DNA of 64,000 bases from Bacteroidota bacterium. GTDB lineage: Bacteria; Bacteroidota; Bacteroidia; AKYH767-A; OLB10. A program made the translations under genes and the position numbers. The notes under the pieces were generated by a model, which searched no databases, was not told where the DNA came from, and was given only the letters and a program-made list of their open reading frames with translations. Location of the stretch: positions 22,112 to 86,111 of the forward strand of contig JAHEMF010000006.1 of NCBI GenBank assembly GCA_024643795.1, in the 5' to 3' direction. Position 1 is the first letter of the stretch; each line of letters opens with the position of its first letter. Of this stretch, positions 50,644 to 60,780 are shown in pieces.

Positions 50644-52110
50644 TCAATCAATTGGGTCGTTCTTTACTATCAGATAAATAGCCTTAAGGCTGATCATTTT
50701 AGTTATAAATGCCATGATGATCATGATTAAGAAAGAAAGAGTGAGGGCAATAAGTCCATTTTCAATAAGCGCCGAGGTCGTATAACAAGTTCCAATCGCC
50801 AGTACTATAAATGCAAAAAACCTGAATATATTATTAAGATCAATATTTAATTTAAGGATTTTATAACATAAAAATACCTGAATAAAAGCAGCCAGGTATT
50901 GTGTGATCAAACTTGCAATAGAAGCTCCAAATGCTTGGTACTGAGGAATGAGATAGTAATTCAAAATGATATTTGACATCATTGAAAATGCTGCCATAAT
51001 ATTTAGCTGCTTCATATTATTATTGGCAGTTAATAATGTTCCGTAGATATAAGTTGCAGACATGGCAAAGAAGCTGATCATCAAAACAGTAAAAATTGCA
51101 GAAGATTCAACAGTATATTCAACATATAGCAACTCCATAATAACATTGCCATAAAAGATTGATATTATCCCTGCTGATAAACTTATTGAACTTATCAATG
51201 AAAATGCTAATTGTAAAAGTGGTTGAATTTTGGTTCTCTGTTTCAGCATGTGTGAGAACATAGGCAGTAGTAGTCCTGCAAATAAGTAGGCAATCATATT
51301 TGAAGCGTCAAGTAGCCGGTAGGCCTGAGCATATATGCCTGCCTGAGACTTCCCGTCTGATAACATCCTTTCAATCATAACAGAATCAATTCTGTTATAA
51401 AACGACATCAACAAAAAAAGTAAAGCAAATGGATAGCTTTTTTTTAGAATAACAAGAAAGAAAAGTTTGTTAAAGTTTAAAGTAGTGAACTTTGATCTTT
51501 TAAATAAAATTATTAAAGCAAATATTGTGGTTGCCAGATACGCAATGGTTTGTGCTAAAATAAACCATTCTATCTTAAATTTGCTGTCGGTGATATTTCC
51601 CCAAAGCAAAACAGAACATATCAGTATCATGATAAAACGGTCCAATACCGAAATAATACTGTCTGTTTTAAAAAGTTGAATGCCCGAAATATTTGATCTT
51701 AAATAAAGAATGAATGATGCTAATATTTGATTAAAGAGTAATATCCACAATAGTTTCAGGTCTGTAATATCATAACCTATCAGCAGACCGAATGCGGTAC
51801 TGATAATTATAAATATAAAAGCGAGAAAGATCCTCAGTGAAATTATTCCAGATAGGTGTTTATTCAGTAGGTGCCTGTTCTGAGCGATATTGCGATTATT
51901 GAAGTTGGTAATGCCAAAGTCCAGAACTATATTTAGTAAAAATGAAAAGTTGAACAGAGCGTAATAATGACCATAGGCTTCAGCACCAACACTATTTTGA
52001 ACAGCCCTATCAATACCTAATAGCCAAAATGGCTTTACCAGGATATTCAGGAATAGCAGAAATGCCAGATTAGTAATAAATTTACGCTGCATGCATGAAA
52101 AGTTCCTCAA
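50644..52110 (-). CDS. Wzx-type oligosaccharide flippase (MOP superfamily)
   Basis: A 488 aa protein with 12+ TM helices and flippase-like topology. Confidence 0.7.
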   Translation of the reverse strand: MRNFSCMQRKFITNLAFLLFLNILVKPFWLLGIDRAVQNSVGAEAYGHYYALFNFSFLLNIVLDFGITNFNNRNIAQNRHLLNKHLSGIISLRIFLAFIFIIISTAFGLLIGYDITDLKLLWILLFNQILASFILYLRSNISGIQLFKTDSIISVLDRFIMILICSVLLWGNITDSKFKIEWFILAQTIAYLATTIFALIILFKRSKFTTLNFNKLFFLVILKKSYPFALLFLLMSFYNRIDSVMIERMLSDGKSQAGIYAQAYRLLDASNMIAYLFAGLLLPMFSHMLKQRTKIQPLLQLAFSLISSISLSAGIISIFYGNVIMELLYVEYTVESSAIFTVLMISFFAMSATYIYGTLLTANNNMKQLNIMAAFSMMSNIILNYYLIPQYQAFGASIASLITQYLAAFIQVFLCYKILKLNIDLNNIFRFFAFIVLAIGTCYTTSALIENGLIALTLSFLIMIIMAFITKMISLKAIYLIVKNDPID

Positions 52111-52154
52111 ATTTAGATGTTCTCATCCAATAAGAATTGAAAGTTAGCTAATAT

Positions 52155-52754
52155 ATGACGCTTTTAACTGATTATGGTACAAATGAGTTTACTGCCGGAT
52201 GTGATGAGGCTGGCAGAGGGTGTCTGGCAGGTCCGGTTTTCGCTGCTTCAGTGATACTTCCTGTGGGATACAATCCTGAGGGTTTGAATGATTCAAAAAA
52301 GTTATCGCCAACTCAGAGAGAACTGCTACGTGCCGAAATTTTAGATAAGGCGGTTGCCTGGGCGGTAGCAAAATGTGACCTGAATGAGATAGATAGACTT
52401 AATATCCTTTGGGCTTCAATTGAGGCAATGCATAAATCGTTGGGGCTATTAAATCCTCAACCACAATTCATACTGGTTGATGGTAATAAATTTAAAAAGT
52501 ATAAAAACTTGAATCATAAATGTATTGTGGGCGGAGATGGAAAATTTGCTTGTATTGCTGCTGCTTCAATATTGGCAAAGACCTTCAGAGATGATTATAT
52601 GAATCAAATAGGATCAGAGTTTCCACAGTATGGCTGGGATAAGAATAAAGGATACGGCACAGCGTCACATATGAAGGCTTTAAAAGCACATGGACCTTCT
52701 AAGCATCACAGAAAGAGTTTCAAGCCAATCAAACAATTTCAGTTTGATTTGTGA
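52155..52754 (+). CDS. rnhB: Ribonuclease HII
   Basis: Has the GCDEAGRGCLAGPV active-site motif. Confidence 0.9.
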   Translation: MTLLTDYGTNEFTAGCDEAGRGCLAGPVFAASVILPVGYNPEGLNDSKKLSPTQRELLRAEILDKAVAWAVAKCDLNEIDRLNILWASIEAMHKSLGLLNPQPQFILVDGNKFKKYKNLNHKCIVGGDGKFACIAAASILAKTFRDDYMNQIGSEFPQYGWDKNKGYGTASHMKALKAHGPSKHHRKSFKPIKQFQFDL

Positions 52755-52872
52755 AATCATTCCCTTATCAACATATTTATGTAAATAAATAACCCTTCTA
52801 TTTCAAGGGAACTACGCCAGTCTTAGTAGCTTTGATTAAAATTAACGGTTCTAATAATCCCGACCCGGAAGA

Positions 52873-55575
52873 ATGAAAAAAATAATTTCTGCAGCTGTTA
52901 TCACTCTTGTTATAGTGCTTTTGGGGGTTGGGTTATTCTATTATTTGGATGATTTTTCATTTTCATCCCGAGATCCGCTTGAGTCGATCCCCTCAGATGC
53001 TATAGCGGTATTGTGTATTGAAAACAATGCCAATTCATTGAATGAAATAAAAGATCATGAATTTTGGAGTTACTTCAGAGTGTCGGAGTATATTTCAGGT
53101 ATTCATAATGATCTTGCTGCCTTTTCGGAACTCCTGTCAACAATAGGCGCTGAAATATTCAAGGAGCGTATCTACGCTTCTCTGCATATAACCGGGTCTG
53201 GTTCATTCGACCTCTTATATTCAACAAAAATAAGTGCAGATATTACGGATCAGCAGTTAATATATTTCTTTGGAGAAATAGATACAGCCAACACTCTCTC
53301 ATTTACAACCAGGGAATACGAAGCGAGCAAAGTTTATGAATTCAAGTTTGCGAATGGTCGAACTTTTGCTGCAACTATATCTCAGGGAATATTTCTGGGA
53401 AGTTTCACTTCATTTCTTGTAGATGATGGGTTAAGGAAGTTAGCGATCAAAGTTCCTCAAAAAAACGCAGAAGATTTTAGTAAATATTTAGAGGATGGAA
53501 ATTCAATAGTAGTATTTCCTTCTTATTTAAGCAGACTAATTTCTGTTTTTGAAGCGCCGGACAAGAAACTTCCGTTTCCGCTTTTAAATAATTTATCGGG
53601 TCCTGTTTTTGCAGGATTTGAGATCCGGAGTGATGCATTAAAGCTAGCTGGTAGCGTAGAAACCGGTTCCCGAAAAGATTTTATCGACTGCTTCAAAGGT
53701 CAAGGTCCGGTAGCATCACAGGCAACCAATATTTTACCTGCAAATACAGCTTTCTACATTGCTTATAATATCAATTCACCTAAAAAGTTTGCAGCTAATT
53801 TGTCAAGCTATATCAAATCGGAGTTTTCTGATGCTACCTATGATCAAATAAGATCTGCTAAGGATCTTTATAATGTTGACCTTGAAAAGCAGATATATAG
53901 CTGGCTGGGTGGGCAGATCATTATGTCTATTGTAGAACCACCCGGAACGCGATACACAAATAATGTGGTAGGGATGATCCAAACCATAAATGTTGAAAAA
54001 GCTCAGGATAGTCTAGCCGAGCTGATCAAACTGATCGATAATAAGCTTGGTTCTAAAACGCCAACAGAGTCATATAAAGGTCATAGGATAAGATTAATTA
54101 AGTTGCCCGGGTTAATGAGACTGGCGTACGGACCAATCTTTGATAACCTGAATGACACATACTATACATTTATTAATGACTATATGGTTTTTGCAAACAG
54201 GCCTTCTATGTTGAGAAATGTTATCGATTATTATGAGAAGGGTAGTGTGCTTAGTAAAAGTAAAACGTATAAAAAGTTAACTGAAAACCTTTCCAGTTTA
54301 TCAAATATCGTTGTCTATTCTGATTTTACCCGTTCACAGAACATTCTGGCCAATATATCTTCACCTAAATGGGATATCAGTAAATATGCGGGTTCCGGAA
54401 GTAAATTTGTTGGGGCTGCATCTCAATTTATAATTGTTGACTCAACGCGTGCTGACTTTGAAGCATCGTTTTGTTTTGGTCAGGAAAGAGGCAAAAGTTC
54501 TAACTTGCTTTATGCAACTGAATTGGATGCTCCGGTTAGTGGTAATCCCAAAGTTTTTAAAGACCCGGCGAAACGAGGCTATCAAATTCTGGTTCAGGAT
54601 ATCGAAAACACATTGTATCTGATTGATGAAAATGGAAATATAAAGTGGAAAAATCAAGTGGGTGAAAAAATAATAAGTGAAATCTATCAGATCGACCTTT
54701 TCAGGAATAATGTAAACCAGTTTATTTTCAATACAAAAACTTATATGCATGTTTTAGACCTGAATGGAAGACCTATGGGTAATTATCCTATTCGTTTACC
54801 CGCACAGGCTGCAGCCTCTTTAAGCATTTTCAAAAATAATACAGGGACCCAATTCAATATTTATGTCCCTTGCACTAATAATCGCGTGTATGCTTACCAA
54901 TTGGATGGCAGACCACTACCGGGTTGGAATTACAGTTCAGTATCTGGTGAGCTCTATAAAAAGATTGATATTATTGATATAAAACAACAATCAAGATTGG
55001 TTATCAGCGATAATGGAGGTAGTCAAACTTTAGCAAATTTTTTAGGTGAAAAGATCCTTGTTAGCAAAGGTCAGATCGTAGAACCTGATGCGAGTATTTA
55101 TAGTATTGAAAAGTATGATCCGCAAATGCTTTGGGTTTCTGTTTCTACTTCCGGTAATTTGATCAAATGTAATGCCAGCGGAACTGCAGAGCTAATTCCT
55201 TTGAGCCTGAAAAATGATAAGTTTGGATTTATTTATAACGACTTAGATAATGATGGCATTAATGAATTTGTGATAACTGATGGGACAGAGGTGCAAGTTT
55301 ACACTTATGAATTGGCATCACTTTTTAATGTGGACCTGAAAACAGAATTAACAAATTCAATTCAAGTACTTCATTCTATTAAAAATGAAACTTATATCGC
55401 AATTCATTCAACCGATAATCAAACATGGTTGTTGGATCGGGAAGGCAAAATTTTAAATGGATTTCCTGTGAAAGGTAATAGAGGTTGCGAACTGATTGAA
55501 GGAGATTCAGGCCAGCAATCGCTGCTTGTTATCGGAGATAAAGACGGGGTGATTTATACTTATTCCTTGGAATAG
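52873..55575 (+). CDS. Large hypothetical membrane-anchored protein (900 aa); the C-terminal third has β-propeller-like repeats
   Basis: Has an N-terminal TM and repeated …G.P..GWNY… segments. Confidence 0.4.
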   Translation: MKKIISAAVITLVIVLLGVGLFYYLDDFSFSSRDPLESIPSDAIAVLCIENNANSLNEIKDHEFWSYFRVSEYISGIHNDLAAFSELLSTIGAEIFKERIYASLHITGSGSFDLLYSTKISADITDQQLIYFFGEIDTANTLSFTTREYEASKVYEFKFANGRTFAATISQGIFLGSFTSFLVDDGLRKLAIKVPQKNAEDFSKYLEDGNSIVVFPSYLSRLISVFEAPDKKLPFPLLNNLSGPVFAGFEIRSDALKLAGSVETGSRKDFIDCFKGQGPVASQATNILPANTAFYIAYNINSPKKFAANLSSYIKSEFSDATYDQIRSAKDLYNVDLEKQIYSWLGGQIIMSIVEPPGTRYTNNVVGMIQTINVEKAQDSLAELIKLIDNKLGSKTPTESYKGHRIRLIKLPGLMRLAYGPIFDNLNDTYYTFINDYMVFANRPSMLRNVIDYYEKGSVLSKSKTYKKLTENLSSLSNIVVYSDFTRSQNILANISSPKWDISKYAGSGSKFVGAASQFIIVDSTRADFEASFCFGQERGKSSNLLYATELDAPVSGNPKVFKDPAKRGYQILVQDIENTLYLIDENGNIKWKNQVGEKIISEIYQIDLFRNNVNQFIFNTKTYMHVLDLNGRPMGNYPIRLPAQAAASLSIFKNNTGTQFNIYVPCTNNRVYAYQLDGRPLPGWNYSSVSGELYKKIDIIDIKQQSRLVISDNGGSQTLANFLGEKILVSKGQIVEPDASIYSIEKYDPQMLWVSVSTSGNLIKCNASGTAELIPLSLKNDKFGFIYNDLDNDGINEFVITDGTEVQVYTYELASLFNVDLKTELTNSIQVLHSIKNETYIAIHSTDNQTWLLDREGKILNGFPVKGNRGCELIEGDSGQQSLLVIGDKDGVIYTYSLE

Positions 55576-55577
55576 GG

Positions 55578-56597
55578 TCACTTCAATCTCAAGCGTGTTC
55601 CTGGTTCAGGCATCACACCTGCTTCAATTTTATTTAACTTGTAAAGTTTCCTGAGTTTGATACCATAGATCTGTGATACCTCACGCATAGACTGTCCTGG
55701 TGTTAACACATGATATTCACTGGCTGGTTTACCTCGCTTAGGTTTCAGATATACTACTTCACCTTCATGTAACAGATCATCCTTACCAGCTTCATTATAT
55801 TTTAATATTTGCCAAAACATCATATCATGTTCGTTGGCAACAGAGAAGTAGGTGTCTCCTTTTTCCGCAACAACGTACGGGATGCCATTCGCGTTTGTTT
55901 CATACTGGAGACTTTCTGATAGCTGCTTTGGAGTAGTATTTGGTTTTTGCAAGTTGGTTGCAACCGGATATTCAGGTGATTTGGAAAGGGGTACCTTCTT
56001 ACCACCTCTGTCATATTGATGCAAATGATGCTGTTCTATTATTCTAATGAGGTGGTCAGCATATTTTGGATTGGTAGCATACCCGGCTTTTTTTAAGCCT
56101 CTTGCCCAGGCTTTATAATCACTTGTTTTATAATCAAATAAAAAGGCATATCGTGAACGCTCCCTTAAAAACCTGCTATGGTCATTATATGATGCTATAA
56201 CATCAGGATATTTCCGGAAACATTCATCTTTTGCATCATCGTCTTTGTAAATCCTTTCACCTCGCCAATCGTTGTGACACTTGATCCCGAAATGGTTGTT
56301 GGCCTCTCTTGCGAGAGTTGAATTTCCACTTTCTGACTCCAAAATTCCCTGCGCCAAAGTTATACTTGCGGGAACCCCGGTTAGCATCATATCTTTTACT
56401 GCGTCATTCTTATAAGTTTCAATATACTCCTGAGGTGTTGTTTTACGCTGCGGCTGAGCAGGTAATGCAAAACTACAGTTCAATACCAGTAGGATGATCA
56501 AAATAAGATAATGGCTCTTTTTCATAATTGAACTGCTATGCTTGAACGTGCTAAATAAATCAAAATCATTGGTTTGTCGGGCTGTTGCAAAGCTCAT
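55578..56597 (-). CDS. Glucosaminidase (FlgJ-like, GH73) with two C-terminal LysM domains. The start is probably the internal MKKSHYL…
   Basis: Has a mannosyl-glycoprotein endo-β-N-acetylglucosaminidase-like region (…GYATNPKYADHLI…) and LysM repeats (GDTYFSVA…, LTPGQSMREVSQIYG…). Confidence 0.8.
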   Translation of the reverse strand: MSFATARQTNDFDLFSTFKHSSSIMKKSHYLILIILLVLNCSFALPAQPQRKTTPQEYIETYKNDAVKDMMLTGVPASITLAQGILESESGNSTLAREANNHFGIKCHNDWRGERIYKDDDAKDECFRKYPDVIASYNDHSRFLRERSRYAFLFDYKTSDYKAWARGLKKAGYATNPKYADHLIRIIEQHHLHQYDRGGKKVPLSKSPEYPVATNLQKPNTTPKQLSESLQYETNANGIPYVVAEKGDTYFSVANEHDMMFWQILKYNEAGKDDLLHEGEVVYLKPKRGKPASEYHVLTPGQSMREVSQIYGIKLRKLYKLNKIEAGVMPEPGTRLRLK

Positions 56598-56647
56598 CTA
56601 TTAACATACATATGTTAATTATGGCACCATGAGATATTAGCTAAATA

Positions 56648-57529
56648 TTAAGTGCCCGAAATCAGAGAATTTTGGTTAAGGTATTGTAAACCACCGGTGT
56701 GTATAATCAGAATTCTGCTGTTCTTTTCAATATCGCCTTTTCTAAGCATATCATAGACCCCATATAAAGTTTTACCTGTATAAACCGGTTCAATAGGAAC
56801 ACCTGTTCTGGTGGTAAACTCTGAAATAAAATTCTGCAGTTCGCTATTTTGTTTTGCATAACCGCCAAAGGTGTATGAGAAGTTTATTTTTGTCTTTACT
56901 CTCACATCATCTTCCAGCTGTTCATCCAATAACGTATTGATGCCATCCATATTTTTCAATATGGCAATACCATTAATAATCTGATTTCCCTTGCTGCTCT
57001 TTGCAATACCTGCCAAAGTACCCCCCGTAGCGCAAGCGCAAAAAACATGATCAAAAGATTTATCCTCATCAGTAAGTATCTCTTCACAACCTTTTATTCC
57101 CTCCTCATTAGTTCCCCCTTCAGGAATTACATAGGCAGGCCCGTATTCATCCAGTAGTGATTTAATGTATTCCGGCTCGGTTCTTCTTCTATAATCCGAC
57201 CTGGTCACAAAATGTAGTTTCATGCCATTTGCCTTAGCTTCAAGCAATGTTTTTGAAAGAGCAATTGGTTCTTCACCCCTGACAATACCTATGCAATTAA
57301 TACCCGCTTTTAAACAGGCGAATGCAGTAGCAGCTATATGGTTAGAATAAGCTCCTCCGAATGTCAGCACAGTAGGGGATCCGGAATTTTGAGCCTTTTG
57401 TAAATTATATCTCAATTTGAAATGTTTATTTCCTCCATCATACACTCCTAACTTATCTAATCTTTTGATACTGATTCTCAAGTCATTACCAAAATATTTT
57501 AAATAAGGGTCATTAAGCAGCTCATTCAT
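56648..57529 (-). CDS. PLP-dependent ACC deaminase / D-cysteine desulfhydrase family enzyme
   Basis: A 293 aa protein with tryptophan-synthase-β-like fold motifs (…GGNKHFKL…, GG…SNH). Confidence 0.75.
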   Translation of the reverse strand: MNELLNDPYLKYFGNDLRISIKRLDKLGVYDGGNKHFKLRYNLQKAQNSGSPTVLTFGGAYSNHIAATAFACLKAGINCIGIVRGEEPIALSKTLLEAKANGMKLHFVTRSDYRRRTEPEYIKSLLDEYGPAYVIPEGGTNEEGIKGCEEILTDEDKSFDHVFCACATGGTLAGIAKSSKGNQIINGIAILKNMDGINTLLDEQLEDDVRVKTKINFSYTFGGYAKQNSELQNFISEFTTRTGVPIEPVYTGKTLYGVYDMLRKGDIEKNSRILIIHTGGLQYLNQNSLISGT

Positions 57530-57587
57530 ACCAATAGTTCAAACAATACCTTATGTTCAACTGTTAAACCCCGAAATTAGCCTAAAT

Positions 57588-57776
57588 TTGCAGATGTCTT
57601 TTACTGATAAATTCTCAAAAGAAGACTATTACCTCACAGATGAGGGATACATAGTTTTTACCGAAGCCTATCATCTCAAGAGGGGATATTGTTGTCAAAG
57701 CCATTGCCGGCATTGTCCCTGGGAGTTCGGAAAAAAGCACAAGAACACAAATAGTGATCAGAAAAAAGGAAAGTAA
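57588..57776 (+). CDS. Small cysteine-rich protein (YCCQSHCRHCPWEF)
   Basis: An ORF with a CCxxxCxxC cluster. It may be translationally coupled to hutU. Confidence 0.35.
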   Translation: MQMSFTDKFSKEDYYLTDEGYIVFTEAYHLKRGYCCQSHCRHCPWEFGKKHKNTNSDQKKGK

Positions 57777-57788
57777 AAAGTTCAAAAT

Positions 57789-59465
57789 ATGGATTTAGTA
57801 TCTGAAAAGCTTGATTTAAAAGAATTGATAACGCCAACAGGTAGCAAACTAAATTGTAAAGGATGGGTTCAGGAAGCTGCATTAAGGATGTTGTACAATA
57901 ATCTTGACCCAGATGTTGCTGAGAGACCTGAGGACTTGATAGTTTATGGAGGAAGGGGCAAGGCAGCACGTAATGTGGAATCATTTCACATGATTGTAAA
58001 GGCATTGAAAGATCTTGAAGATAATGAGACACTGTTGATCCAAAGTGGCAAGCCTGTTGCCATAATGCCTACTCATAAAGATGCTCCAAGAGTGATCATC
58101 AGCAATTCCCAGTTGGTGCCAAAATGGGCAACCTGGGAAGTTTTTGATGAGCTGGAAAAAAAGGGGTTGATGATGTATGGTCAAATGACTGCAGGATCGT
58201 GGATCTATATCGGTTCACAAGGAATTGTTCAGGGAACTTATGAGACCTTCAATGCAGTGGCAGACAAGCATTTCAATGGTAGCTTAAAAGGGAAATTGTG
58301 TGTTACAGCAGGCCTTGGCGGGATGGGCGGAGCTCAACCTTTGGCCATAACAATGGCAGATGGAGTTTGTTTGGCTGCTGAAGTGGAAACCTGGAGAGCA
58401 GAAAAAAGGATCGAAACTAAATACCTCGATTTTATGGAGCATGATATCGACAAAGCGATAGACCTTGCTTTAGAATGCAAATCGAAAGGAGAAAATAAAT
58501 CTATAGGTGTGATCTGCACTGCTGTGCAACTCCTGAACAGACTCAAAGAACGTAAAATAGTTCCTGATGTGTTAACCGATCAAACTTCAGCGCATGACCC
58601 ACTTGTTGGTTACCATCCTGAAGGATTATCAGTTGAAGAGGCTAAGGTGTTAAGGGAGACTGATCCCAAAAAATATATTGAAATGAGCTACGATTCCATG
58701 GCTATTCATGTGAAACTTATGCTTTATTTTCAGCAACAGGGTTCTGTAACATTTGATTATGGTAATAACTTGCGTGCAAGAGCAGAGGAACGGGGTGTTA
58801 CTAATGCGTTTGATTTTCCGGGCTTTGTCCCTGCTTATATCCGCGATCTTTTTTGTGAAGGTAAAGGACCATTCAGGTGGGCAGCCCTTTCAGGTGACCC
58901 AGAAGATATCAAGGTCACAGATCAGGTAATTCTGGATTTATTTCCTGATGATGCAGGATTGCACCGATGGATAAAAATGGCCCAGGACCGCATTGCATTT
59001 CAAGGATTACCTGCCAGAATATGCTGGATAGGTCAAGGTGAAAGAGAAAAGGCAGGCCTTGCTTTTAATGAGCTGGTAAGAACAGGTAAAGTAAAAGCTC
59101 CGATTGTTATAGGCAGGGATCATTTAGATACAGGCTCTGTTGCTTCTCCTAACAGAGAAACAGAATCTATGCTTGATGGATCTGATGCAGTAGCCGACTG
59201 GCCAATATTAAATGCATTGGTGAGTACTGCTGGGGGAGCCAGCTGGGTCAGCCTGCACCACGGAGGAGGGGTAGGAATGGGGTATTCAATTCATGCAGGA
59301 ATGGTGATAGTAGCTGACGGTACTGAAGATGCTGCCAAACGATTAAGCAGGGTATTGCATAATGACCCGGCTATGGGTGTGATCAGGCACATGGATGCAG
59401 GCTACACATTAGCTCATGAAACAGCAAAGAAACATAACCTTGATATTAATGATAGGTTGAGCTGA
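57789..59465 (+). CDS. hutU: Urocanate hydratase
   Basis: A 558 aa protein with urocanase-conserved blocks (…[24 protein letters not shown]…). Confidence 0.9.
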   Translation: MDLVSEKLDLKELITPTGSKLNCKGWVQEAALRMLYNNLDPDVAERPEDLIVYGGRGKAARNVESFHMIVKALKDLEDNETLLIQSGKPVAIMPTHKDAPRVIISNSQLVPKWATWEVFDELEKKGLMMYGQMTAGSWIYIGSQGIVQGTYETFNAVADKHFNGSLKGKLCVTAGLGGMGGAQPLAITMADGVCLAAEVETWRAEKRIETKYLDFMEHDIDKAIDLALECKSKGENKSIGVICTAVQLLNRLKERKIVPDVLTDQTSAHDPLVGYHPEGLSVEEAKVLRETDPKKYIEMSYDSMAIHVKLMLYFQQQGSVTFDYGNNLRARAEERGVTNAFDFPGFVPAYIRDLFCEGKGPFRWAALSGDPEDIKVTDQVILDLFPDDAGLHRWIKMAQDRIAFQGLPARICWIGQGEREKAGLAFNELVRTGKVKAPIVIGRDHLDTGSVASPNRETESMLDGSDAVADWPILNALVSTAGGASWVSLHHGGGVGMGYSIHAGMVIVADGTEDAAKRLSRVLHNDPAMGVIRHMDAGYTLAHETAKKHNLDINDRLS

Positions 59466-59474
59466 CTTCGTAAT

Positions 59475-59912
59475 GTGGTACGCTTTTTGCCAATAAAAAA
59501 TATGCTTTATAAAAATCAGAAAACAAGGTTCGTAGGCCCAATGATGGCTTTGTTGTTACTTATAACATCATGTGCCAAGGATGATGAGAATCAACCCTCA
59601 TCCAATGATGACCGTGATAAATTTCTGGGCACATGGCTTTGTACTGAAACTGTAAAGGGTGGGCCTACTACTGCTTTTACAATAAATATTCAGTCGGTCG
59701 GTTCTGATGATACGATCCGGATCGTTAACTTCAATAATCTTGGAACACCATATGCTGCTACCGCCATTGTTTCAGGATCTTCATTTGTAATTCCTAACCA
59801 GGATATCACTCAAGTGATAATAAACGGTACCGGTATTTATACTTCGCAGAGTAAGATCAGTATGAATTATACCGCAGACTCAGATACCTTAACGGCTGTA
59901 TGTACTAAATAA
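59475..59912 (+). CDS. Hypothetical lipoprotein
   Basis: Has a signal peptide with an LITSC lipobox. Confidence 0.4.
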   Translation: MVRFLPIKNMLYKNQKTRFVGPMMALLLLITSCAKDDENQPSSNDDRDKFLGTWLCTETVKGGPTTAFTINIQSVGSDDTIRIVNFNNLGTPYAATAIVSGSSFVIPNQDITQVIINGTGIYTSQSKISMNYTADSDTLTAVCTK

Positions 59913-59932
59913 TGGGGGAAATTAAAAAGTAG

Positions 59933-60598
59933 TTACTCGTTCTCAAGTACTGCTAACACTGTAATTGCGCCTGTCACTTTTTGCCCGATCTTTACATTTA
60001 TACCGGCATCCAGCGGAACAAAGACATCTACCCGGGAACCGAATTTTATAAATCCCAATTCAGCTCCTTGTCTTACCATATCGCCTTCGTGAGGATAGTA
60101 AACAATTCGGTTTGCCAGTGCGCCTGCTATCTGTCTTAACAAAATTTGCACTTTCCCACCTTTTGATATCACTACAGTTGTTCTTTCGTTTTCTGTTGAT
60201 GATTTTGGATGCCATGCTACGAGCTTGCGACCTTCATGATAACGTAAAAAGGAGATCTGACCACTGATAGGGTACCAGTTTGCATGTACATTAATAGGCG
60301 ACATAAAAATGCTTATCTGCCTTCTCTTATCCTTGAAGTACTCAGTTTCTTCAACCTCTTCAATTGCAACGACTTTTCCATCGGCAGGAGCAATGACATA
60401 ATTCTCATTTCGTGAAACATCACGTTTAGGATACCTGAAAAACTGCAACACGAGAAGGAAAAGTACAAGCGTTACTGTTATAACTATAACATTATTAATG
60501 GGATTATCAGGAATATTGTACAGTACAATAACATCAAGTATGAATAAAATAACAACTGTGATGATTAGAATGGTTGTACCCTCTCTGTGGATTCTCAT
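59933..60598 (-). CDS. psd: Phosphatidylserine decarboxylase family protein
   Basis: Has a C-terminal …GFIKFGSRVDVF… proenzyme cleavage region and an N-terminal TM. Confidence 0.85.
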   Translation of the reverse strand: MRIHREGTTILIITVVILFILDVIVLYNIPDNPINNVIVITVTLVLFLLVLQFFRYPKRDVSRNENYVIAPADGKVVAIEEVEETEYFKDKRRQISIFMSPINVHANWYPISGQISFLRYHEGRKLVAWHPKSSTENERTTVVISKGGKVQILLRQIAGALANRIVYYPHEGDMVRQGAELGFIKFGSRVDVFVPLDAGINVKIGQKVTGAITVLAVLENE

Positions 60599-60780
60599 GT
60601 ATTGCTGTGTCAGTTAAGCGGGGGTAAAAATAATAGGTTAACTCATAAAAATGCAGAAAATCATTAAATACTGGATAAATACAAGTAAAGTGTCCATCTT
60701 AATACCTGTTCAGGAACGGTTATAGTCTCAAATGAAGCTTCGGGATTCACTAATTACACTATTTTCTATAAATTTAGAGG

